Source of the DNA: a virus
IMG/VR virus record: IMGVR_UViG_3300027644_000003
Location: 1-64,000 of that record
Length of the DNA: 64,000 nucleotides
Strand: one strand, 5' to 3'
Part shown: positions 36,101 through 43,092 of the stretch, piece after piece
How the letters are laid out: every line of letters starts with the position of its first letter
Numbering within the stretch: the stretch's first letter is position 1
Position numbers and translations under genes: made by a program
The notes under the pieces: model-generated
What the model saw: only the letters and a program-made list of their open reading frames with translations
What the model was told of the DNA's origin: nothing
The model's database searches: none

Positions 36101-36603
36101 AATTCATTTTCGTCGTACTCACCAGTTGCATCTCCAATGCCTGCAACTTGATTTAGCCAAGCTGCTGGAAGCCAATTTTTAAAGTATCTTTGAGTTCTGT
36201 TTTGAATAATTGTGTTTACTTTAGAGGTTCCACAATTAATCCAACCACTTAAAGTACTAAAAATCCAAAGAGTGTAGGTAACTTCTCTATTTGCTTGAGA
36301 AAGATCAGAGGCAGTATCTATGTAACTTGTTAAGTAAGCTCCAGTACTGCCTGATTCAATGACTTCTCCTGAATAAGCCCCATCTGGAGTACCAGTAAAA
36401 GTTTTTGTTAGGCGCCAATGAGTAAGGGTTTCTCCTAAAGCAATAGATGCAGGGTTTGCGGTAACTGCTTTCCAACGAAGAGAGATTACGCCATAATCGT
36501 ACGCCCAAGCAGTAATTTGGGAAGAGTAATAGAGACGATCAGCATCGCTCTGTCCGTATTTAAAACTGGGATCGCCATAAATCCCAAATGCATATTTTGC
36601 CAT
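33175..36603 (-). CDS. Large baseplate wedge / minor tail protein with carbohydrate-binding-module-like repeats
   Basis: AKGTSAGI (tail protein I-like) and repeated NLxxNxxFE...W...Y(F)DG beta-sandwich modules. Confidence 0.8.
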   Translation of the reverse strand: MAKYAFGIYGDPSFKYGQSDADRLYYSSQITAWAYDYGVISLRWKAVTANPASIALGETLTHWRLTKTFTGTPDGAYSGEVIESGSTGAYLTSYIDTASDLSQANREVTYTLWIFSTLSGWINCGTSKVNTIIQNRTQRYFKNWLPAAWLNQVAGIGDATGEYDENELTEVLDAYGFEYDKIKAQAELLYNSFDAYKIPSNLLKNKITDLGFIYEPALGDTYHRSLYKTGNFVNSAKGTSAGITTYTTALTHWDSGISYGNNLFLDYNDSSFEESVGRWAATNGTVAVCTYANTLSTLGVGLTPPTPVLFNRDYPLRQISLGVVTATSTSDITLRCPSATSSAVLYGIPVKANSRYMFKGFIRAITTTFSAVAKIQWFDAAGVSISTSVSGPTLTATTGYWSEFKSASSGVEDGLVAPSNAVYAKPTLIITPTAGADKYVIDMLQFRELPVSEITVSGKLPALVYEDPRLVKLNIRTDLENLIPNPGFDVNTTGWEPFNAELIQVTPAPTNSAIFGNTVAKLTALSNGRVALISDWIPVTPGAPHNFAIYASGVAKVAKARIEFSSPQTEEEQTNVLSDVDGRYFKSEPYYADSEPLTLTSSATRVSVSAVSAVSTPDYGNPLCKVSIYVDNVVAGDVFYFDGAILAESTEVIDYFQGNGAPVPNDPNVNTYYKSSDCFWERRNQVNLVSLSTLENANKWTATSGTTLSISTSEFKYGTTSLSLSASGGGSASTVVKLPMGAALGGEDLVISTYIKGPVGLYSISTNGQTSGNFKITVPNVWTRIETQRVAVAAETQFTITVSLSDAGSGTKVFFLDGIQAEYGRLSTPYIDPANAQTSIFTNPSDAAETVSVANNLMVSSGKSYYANRYLQKRARLTSTLNSFMPSGSTWSVQPFSLLIGFPDVEDNLVPSGSFENSTYGWSGVSATLVRTAARGSIFDETLVQGAAYAKVKASGSGTFGAITEFMSVIPGKGYYSSVAIRPENEDAYGTYVLTLKWYDLAYNFLREKTDTVVLNRGDRWAYLNIVAPGSKTVNLTNVSVASNVVTITTQGNHGFSVGEELYVGIGDSAYNAINGSIIITAATPNTFSYGQTFANTANTAIIGRASFANTSIGFAKIQVTCTPSVSGTGRVFHLDKVLFRR

Positions 36604-36620
36604 ATTTTGCCCCTGTTAAG

Positions 36621-37142
36621 TTACATGCCAGCTAGTAAGAATGGATTAAATCTGTTTCCTTTTGCGATTGTTTCAATAGCTGTTAAAACTGTGGTTAAAG
36701 AAGTGTAGGCGGCGCCCCCAACGTATAGGACTTCTGAGGTACCTACTTTTGGTAGTCCATCAAAATCTACATTAAATCGAAGAGTGTTTGCGGCATTTCT
36801 TGTTTCTACAAGGTTTGTTGTTCCGGCAGTTGTTTTAGCAGTAAGGCCAACTATGCCAGAAGCAGGAGAAATAACATCTCCAGATTTTTTAAAATAAGGC
36901 GCAGCAGCTACTCCAGTAACTAGGCCAGCTTCAATGTTAGCTAGTCGAAGAGACAGAGATGCCCAAGTACCTGTTTGAACAAAAGTACCTAAATAGCTAG
37001 AAGATAGAAGAGTGGTACCTAGAGAGACTTCTAGAGCACGTGTTTCGTCTTGAAGGACGTTTACGTGGTCAGCAAATACTGTATCTACAAGGTCTACCTT
37101 TGGGGTAAAAGACCGAATCGACGAAGGATACTGTGCAGCCAT
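36621..37142 (-). CDS. Putative baseplate or tail structural protein
   Basis: YPSSI..F..KVDLVDTVFADHVN.LQDE..A.E, a fibre-like N-terminus; baseplate context. Confidence 0.6.
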   Translation of the reverse strand: MAAQYPSSIRSFTPKVDLVDTVFADHVNVLQDETRALEVSLGTTLLSSSYLGTFVQTGTWASLSLRLANIEAGLVTGVAAAPYFKKSGDVISPASGIVGLTAKTTAGTTNLVETRNAANTLRFNVDFDGLPKVGTSEVLYVGGAAYTSLTTVLTAIETIAKGNRFNPFLLAGM

Positions 37143-37194
37143 TTCTCACCTATTCTATTCTCTTGGGTTATTCTCTAAGACTTTAGATCTGCTG

Positions 37195-38751
37195 TCATGA
37201 CAAACCGCCAGTTACGTTAATAATTAAGTTTGCAGTCTGCAATACTGGTATTTGACCACTAGTTAATTGGACACCTGCTGTAGAAGCTGAGCTTGAGTTG
37301 TCAGTGTTTAACTTAGCAATTACTAAAGATGCAACACCTTCTACACCCGCAGCTTTAGCCATAACTGCTGAATAAGCAACAAGTTGTCCAAATCCAACAC
37401 TTTCGTAAGCAAACAAACCACCTGGGTTTAAAAACACGTCTCTAATGTCTTGTTCAATGTCTACGTTGTTATACGATGGGTTTGCGGTAACTGTTAAAGT
37501 TACGTAAAAATCTACATATGAAGGTGGTTGAACCGTGACAGTAGTTCCTACAGGTATTTTGTCAACTAAGTACGTTGATACGGCAGTTGATACGTCAGTC
37601 CAATTTAATGTAGGAGAGCCGCTAACAATTCCAGGAGTTACTGAGTCATCATTCTGACTTTGTAAATAAAGGGTTACGGCGCTATACACCGCGGCCACAG
37701 CTTTTGTTCTTCCAACTCCAGGCACTTGCGAAGCTAGTGCAGAGTAGTCAGCAGTAGTTACAGCCCTACGACGAGTAGTAATGGCGTTTTTAACTTTTGA
37801 ACGTATTTGGTCATTGTCGTCTCCGTCTGCTCCACCAAAAGCAGCTGAAGGGTTAGAAACAGCTAAGTACCCAATTGCTTCGGGAACAATGTTTCCAGGA
37901 ATAAAAGTAACTTCTTCAACAGTTCCTGAGTTTAGGTTTCCAGCTGCGCCAGCACTAATTCTATACAAAGCACTAATTACTTGGTTTGCTGGTGGTATAG
38001 CTCCATTAATCCCATCACCAAACTCTAAAGAAACATTTCCGTCTTCATCTACGTTTGTTGTAAAAACTAGTTGATTTGGTCCAGCTTCAGTCAAAGAGTC
38101 CACATAATTCCATGGAGTAAACGCAACCCCTTGTCCAACATAAACAACGACTGATTTATCAACAATGTTAACATCAATTAAATCTATAATTTGTTGAGCT
38201 GTTCCATCAGAAACGCCTAGGTTTACAGGCAACGGCTTATTTGTAGTTGGGCTAATTAAGTCAGGACGATCTGTGTTAACTGTTTTTCCTTCTTGACAGG
38301 CTAGAGTTACAGTATCTCCGGCAGCTAACTGTGTAGCACTTTGAGTAGTTTCAAAGTAAACTTCTGTAAAATCTCCGTAAAGCAAGGTTGCAAGCACTTG
38401 TGTTCCTACAGGAATATCAATTGCTTCATCACTAATATTTTCAAATACTACGTTTAGGCGAGCAGGGGTAGGTCCAGAAACCCTGTACCCATACAATTTA
38501 CCAAGATCAATTAGGGTTTTTCTACGGGCAGCGGTATCTACGGTAAGCTCATTTGCTACTCGATCGATGTAATAAGACATGATGTCGCCCATATAAGCAA
38601 AAGACTCTAGAAGAGTTGTACCTAGGTCGCTTGGGTCATCAGCAGCCCAAGCGTAGTTCGTTCTAACATTTACTAGGCTTGTTAGGTCTTCTAACAGAGC
38701 TTGATAGTCTCTAGACGTATAGTCTATTTGTGAGGGTACTTCATTAGCCAT
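37195..38751 (-). CDS. Baseplate J-like wedge protein
   Basis: IDYTSRDY, FGDGING.IP, GGADGD, RRAVTTADY. Confidence 0.93.
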   Translation of the reverse strand: MANEVPSQIDYTSRDYQALLEDLTSLVNVRTNYAWAADDPSDLGTTLLESFAYMGDIMSYYIDRVANELTVDTAARRKTLIDLGKLYGYRVSGPTPARLNVVFENISDEAIDIPVGTQVLATLLYGDFTEVYFETTQSATQLAAGDTVTLACQEGKTVNTDRPDLISPTTNKPLPVNLGVSDGTAQQIIDLIDVNIVDKSVVVYVGQGVAFTPWNYVDSLTEAGPNQLVFTTNVDEDGNVSLEFGDGINGAIPPANQVISALYRISAGAAGNLNSGTVEEVTFIPGNIVPEAIGYLAVSNPSAAFGGADGDDNDQIRSKVKNAITTRRRAVTTADYSALASQVPGVGRTKAVAAVYSAVTLYLQSQNDDSVTPGIVSGSPTLNWTDVSTAVSTYLVDKIPVGTTVTVQPPSYVDFYVTLTVTANPSYNNVDIEQDIRDVFLNPGGLFAYESVGFGQLVAYSAVMAKAAGVEGVASLVIAKLNTDNSSSASTAGVQLTSGQIPVLQTANLIINVTGGLS

Positions 38752-38757
38752 TTTTCA

Positions 38758-39144
38758 TCACCTCGTGGTAGTCGCGTCTGGATTTAAAGTAGTGCTTACA
38801 ATAGTAATACTGTCTTCAATAAAGTCAGGTAAAGTTACGTTAAGTTCTACTGTAACTGCACCGGTATCTAAAAACCCAATTATGTTAATATTATTAACAG
38901 TTAGGTTTGGGATCCATTTAGAAATTGCTGAACGAATTGCATCATTAATTGCTTTTTCAACATTTCCTTGGTTTTCAAACATAGCTATTGCAACATTTGT
39001 GCCATAACTAGGGCGCATAGGTCGTTCACCTACAGCGGTAGACAGTAAGGTTAGAACTTTATCTTGATAAATTTTTCTTTGATCAGTTGTACTGGTTGTT
39101 TTACCAAATGGATCTAAGGTAAAAGGAAAAGAGATTGCTTTCAT
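38758..39144 (-). CDS. Baseplate wedge protein, gp25/GPW family
   Basis: ISFPF...LLSTAVGERPMRPSYGT...AISKWIP. Confidence 0.92.
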   Translation of the reverse strand: MKAISFPFTLDPFGKTTSTTDQRKIYQDKVLTLLSTAVGERPMRPSYGTNVAIAMFENQGNVEKAINDAIRSAISKWIPNLTVNNINIIGFLDTGAVTVELNVTLPDFIEDSITIVSTTLNPDATTTR

Positions 39145-39668
39145 CCTTGTACTCCTATCCATACTGGCTCTTCAAGTAATCCCGCAACAAACATAATCCA
39201 CACGCGTTGGCCTTTATTTGGCACATACCGGTGTGGCGTGTGTTCGTCCGTGTCGGTCGCGTCGTTAAACATTGCTGTTTTAGCGTCTGAACCATTCCAC
39301 TTTTTTATGGCGTTTACCACAATTTTATGGGGGTGTTTAAGGGTACCAGCACCCCCTTTTGCCACAACGGTTAACGCCGGAATAGTCTCAGTATCGCCTC
39401 TAGAGTCAGTTACCGAGATAGAGGTAGTAGTTAAGAGTGCAGCAATTTGAGCAGCCGTATGCTCTTGATGGTCAGGGTGGTTTGCGTTATAGGTAATAGG
39501 CAAGACGGCTCTAGCCCAATCAGTAACCTCTTGACCGGTAACTGTAACTTGAACTTTGATTCTTCCCTTTTTTAGTGGGTCGTTAATTTCTTTAACTGTG
39601 CCCTCGTAGATCCCAAAAAATCTTGTTCTTCCTTGAGGATCCTGCATGTAGTCAGCGTCGGTAATCAT
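39141..39668 (-). CDS. Baseplate spike, gpV/gp5 OB-fold
   Basis: FFGIYEGTV...DPLKKGRIKVQV...W...VPNKGQRVWIMF.AG..EEPVWIG. Confidence 0.88.
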   Translation of the reverse strand: MITDADYMQDPQGRTRFFGIYEGTVKEINDPLKKGRIKVQVTVTGQEVTDWARAVLPITYNANHPDHQEHTAAQIAALLTTTSISVTDSRGDTETIPALTVVAKGGAGTLKHPHKIVVNAIKKWNGSDAKTAMFNDATDTDEHTPHRYVPNKGQRVWIMFVAGLLEEPVWIGVQG

Positions 39669-40255
39669 TTAGCCTTCCAAGTCACTTGTCTAGTTACTTG
39701 TGAAAAATCGGGTACTTCATTTTTGTATATATTAGGGGAATAGGAGGTAGCAAGAGTTCTGGCATTAGCGCCTGGAATATTCTTAACTGACTTGGTTTTT
39801 TTTACCCCAAGGCTAGTCTTTCCATTGTTTACCCCAATAGGGTAGCTGTTTAATTTAGATCCTTTTGGCTTCAAAGACTGCTTTGATAACTCAGCTTCAA
39901 AATCTCTTTTTCCTGGTTTTTTTCCAACAGAAGGGTCAGCTCCACCCAAGGAGTCAGTTCCAACTAATACTTCCATTTGATAAGTATAGCTTCCTCCGCC
40001 AAATAAATGAGTCACTGCCAGTACGGTCCAATACCCAGACATATTTTGATCTAGGTTGTCTAAGTAAATAGACTCCCCAACGTTTACGTTGGCATCTCCC
40101 ATCAAAATGGCAACGCCTCGGTAGTTATATCTATTGGCTTCTGCCAAGTCCTGAGCAATAAATTTTGCGTCTGATACGGTCTTAGCTACTTCAAAAGGCA
40201 AATGCTTTACAAATTTTGCTTTTTGTGAGGTTTTACTGTGAGGGCTATTTGTCAT
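39665..40255 (-). CDS. Baseplate hub (gpD/gp27-like), C-terminal part
   Basis: GVAILMGDANVNVGESIYL...SGYWTVLAVTH.F...YTYQM is the hub C-terminal barrel. Confidence 0.7.
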   Translation of the reverse strand: MTNSPHSKTSQKAKFVKHLPFEVAKTVSDAKFIAQDLAEANRYNYRGVAILMGDANVNVGESIYLDNLDQNMSGYWTVLAVTHLFGGGSYTYQMEVLVGTDSLGGADPSVGKKPGKRDFEAELSKQSLKPKGSKLNSYPIGVNNGKTSLGVKKTKSVKNIPGANARTLATSYSPNIYKNEVPDFSQVTRQVTWKAK

Positions 40256-41085
40256 TTCTTTAAAAATTTCTTATTAGGGGTTACAACGCCTTTAGTCTTC
40301 TTTTTAGCAGGTTGAATTTTATGCTTAGTTGCAATAGTCTTATTGTTAGTTGAGTGTAAGCCGCCCACTACCCTATCTACAGTAGCTCCAGCCATATCTG
40401 GGGCTTCATCAGATATTTCAGGAGTAAACTCTACAATCGTTCCCATAGAGGCAATAGTACGAACATTAGCTGCGTTTTCTTTAAAAAAGTAAGGTGCTCT
40501 AGCAGCACTAGCTGAGCTTAGTTTGTCTTTTGACATAAAATAGACAGTAGTACCAGTAATTTTTAATCCAAAGCCAGTTTGTTTAGCTAATCTTCTTAAT
40601 AATTGCCAATCACTTTGCCCAGCTTGAGAAATACTTGCAAATACTCTTGGATGACGTTGAGTAACTGCTTTTAGTCCGTATTGCTTACAGACTTTTTCAA
40701 CAATTTGATCTGCAGTTACTTTTTTGTAGATCTTTTGACGAGTTGTTTTTAAAAGATAAGTTGCAGAAATACATACGATTGTCGTGGTATTTTCAGCTAC
40801 AGTAGAGGGAATTATTTTGTGTACGTAACCTACCCAAGTTTTTGTAGACCCTGCCCCAGAGTAATCAAACTTGACTGGATCTCCTGAACCAACAAAATTT
40901 AAAGTTTCTTCTATTTTTCCGGCGTATTTTATAGTAAGAACGTCATGAGAGTTAAATTGTTGGTCTAATCTAGCTGTTAAAAAAACTAAACCAAAAGAAG
41001 GGCTTAAAGGAAAAGTCACGTTTCTAGTAGGAAAACGCTCTAAAGGCGTTTTAACTAAGTTTTTTTTAGACAGAGCTGTAGCCAC
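40252..41085 (-). CDS. Baseplate hub (gpD/gp27-like), N-terminal part
   Basis: WVGYVH...TADQIVEKVCKQYGL...QAGQSDWQLLRRLAKQTGF. Confidence 0.8.
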   Translation of the reverse strand: MATALSKKNLVKTPLERFPTRNVTFPLSPSFGLVFLTARLDQQFNSHDVLTIKYAGKIEETLNFVGSGDPVKFDYSGAGSTKTWVGYVHKIIPSTVAENTTTIVCISATYLLKTTRQKIYKKVTADQIVEKVCKQYGLKAVTQRHPRVFASISQAGQSDWQLLRRLAKQTGFGLKITGTTVYFMSKDKLSSASAARAPYFFKENAANVRTIASMGTIVEFTPEISDEAPDMAGATVDRVVGGLHSTNNKTIATKHKIQPAKKKTKGVVTPNKKFLKK

Positions 41086-41086
41086 G

Positions 41087-41368
41087 TTATCCCCTAGGAA
41101 CTCTAATAATAGTTCCAGGCTCTATTTCTAAAGCATCTGGAAGACCTGGATTTATGTCTAGTATCTGCCACCACAGAGTAGAGTCTCTTAAGTAAACTGC
41201 AGCTAAATAATCTAACCTATCTCCATCTACCCAAGTGTAATCAATATATGTAATTACTCTAGATTCTGGAAATGCTCTATATACCGTCCAAGCGTAAGCC
41301 CCGGTGGTTTTGTTCTTTATTTGCTGGGCATCCCCATCGTCGTAACGAGAGTCTCTATATACGGCCAT
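41087..41368 (-). CDS. LysM-like tail X protein
   Basis: DGDRLDYLAAVYL.DSTLWWQILDINP...PGTIIRVP. Confidence 0.88.
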   Translation of the reverse strand: MAVYRDSRYDDGDAQQIKNKTTGAYAWTVYRAFPESRVITYIDYTWVDGDRLDYLAAVYLRDSTLWWQILDINPGLPDALEIEPGTIIRVPRG

Positions 41369-43092
41369 TACCTATCCCTCCCAGCCATTCCAAAATTAGT
41401 TAAAACCCCTTGGCTAGTAAGAACAGTACTAATTTTATTAATGCTTTCAGCTTGCTTAAATTTGCTGAATTGTCCACTTACAAGATCTGGAAGACGTTGT
41501 AACCCTATTTGAACTACCGTTCTGATAGGAATCATATCTCTAGTAAACATACTATGTTCTATATTAATGCTTTCTAGGATTACCTTATATCGTTGTCTTT
41601 CAGAAATTTTAAATATAAATGGTATCTGAGTCATGTAGCCCATGTTTGCACTGAGTAGTTCTAACCCATCTTTAGGAGATTCACCCATTAAAATTACTTT
41701 TTGAGGGTTTCCGTTTACTACTCTGTATAGGTATTCAAGATCATATTCAGTTCCACGGTGTAATATGCCCGCGCATTGCTCGGCATCCATTGTAACTGGG
41801 TAGGCTGCTTGCGTTAGTGAGCCTCCGCCGTTTTTCTTCCACTGTTTCATAGTAGCCATATCAGCTACCCTATCTAATAGGATATTTACGCTAATAGTTC
41901 CACCAATACCGTCAGCTACTAGTACAGCTCCGTTTTCATTTGGACGCGTCCAATCAACTTTGTTGTTTGAACTCATGTTAATGCTTATGTAACTTGGGTT
42001 GAACAAAAATCTAAATCCCCAAAGTTTGTCTAAATTAGCTGCATTACTAGTAGCAAACTCAGCTTGTTTTTTATCTGGCAAATCAAGTATTTCTGGGTCT
42101 ACGTAAAAAGATGCTAGTTGATCGTATTTATTTGCATTTTCGTACTCAATAAAATCGTCTCTACTATCTACTCTTGCAGAAAAATGTCGAGTAGATAGGT
42201 GTGGGTAGGGGTTAAAGTTTTGAGCTTTTTTTACAGAAGGTGGTGTAGGTCCAGGACCAGGACCAGGGTTATTTCCTCCCCCACCGCTATTACCAAGGGC
42301 ACAGTTTTTAGCTGCGGATAGCAAAGCTTTAGCTTTTTGCCAACCGCTTCCTTTTTTAGTAAAGTCGTAATTAAATTCTCTTTTATTATTTAATTTATCT
42401 TCTCGTATAAAGTTACCAAGTTCATTGTAGTACTTAACAGTAACTGTTACTTCCCACTTAGGGCCTAAATTCTTTTTTGTTTCGTCTGCATTTCGGTTTA
42501 CTTGTACGGCGTTGTGCAACCACATACGGGCCCACTCTCGTTTACAAGAATTCCACTCATACTGAGGTTCTTGACCAAAACTAAGTCCGCCGTCTGTACG
42601 GCTTACGCTATCAGGTACTCCTGGAGGAGTAGCTTTTTTGCTAAAAATAGCTGAGGGAATAGTTGAACTTGTTTGAATTTTTACATCTGCCCATATACCG
42701 TTAACTTGAACTTGAGCGGTAAATTTAGGTGAGGCAGTTCCATTTGTACCTTTAGGGGTTAAAGTAAAATCGTAGTACTTATCTTGAATTGTTCTAATGC
42801 CGTCTACATCAGCAAATGCTTTTACTGTTTCTTTAAAAGTAGCAAACGGCCCTGTTCCAAGAACCCTAGATTTTACAGTGCCGTCACCAGATATGGCTAC
42901 TCCACCATCTGGGATAACAGTAGTGTTTTTATATATAGTTATTCTGTAAATAACTCTAGAGTCAATCATTACTGTTTTACTTTTGGTAAACCTTACCCCA
43001 TAAATGGATGGAGCAGTATCTTGATCGGTGCTGTACTTATTAATTTCGTAAGCTTCGACGGTGTAAAAATACCCGGAAGGTGCGTCTGGCAT
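41368..43092 (-). CDS. Tail tube initiator / baseplate protein with a long N-terminal extension
   Basis: C-terminal GFRFLFNP...LLDR...SINIEHSMFTRDMIPIR; located between tape measure and LysM genes. Confidence 0.65.
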   Translation of the reverse strand: MPDAPSGYFYTVEAYEINKYSTDQDTAPSIYGVRFTKSKTVMIDSRVIYRITIYKNTTVIPDGGVAISGDGTVKSRVLGTGPFATFKETVKAFADVDGIRTIQDKYYDFTLTPKGTNGTASPKFTAQVQVNGIWADVKIQTSSTIPSAIFSKKATPPGVPDSVSRTDGGLSFGQEPQYEWNSCKREWARMWLHNAVQVNRNADETKKNLGPKWEVTVTVKYYNELGNFIREDKLNNKREFNYDFTKKGSGWQKAKALLSAAKNCALGNSGGGGNNPGPGPGPTPPSVKKAQNFNPYPHLSTRHFSARVDSRDDFIEYENANKYDQLASFYVDPEILDLPDKKQAEFATSNAANLDKLWGFRFLFNPSYISINMSSNNKVDWTRPNENGAVLVADGIGGTISVNILLDRVADMATMKQWKKNGGGSLTQAAYPVTMDAEQCAGILHRGTEYDLEYLYRVVNGNPQKVILMGESPKDGLELLSANMGYMTQIPFIFKISERQRYKVILESINIEHSMFTRDMIPIRTVVQIGLQRLPDLVSGQFSKFKQAESINKISTVLTSQGVLTNFGMAGRDR

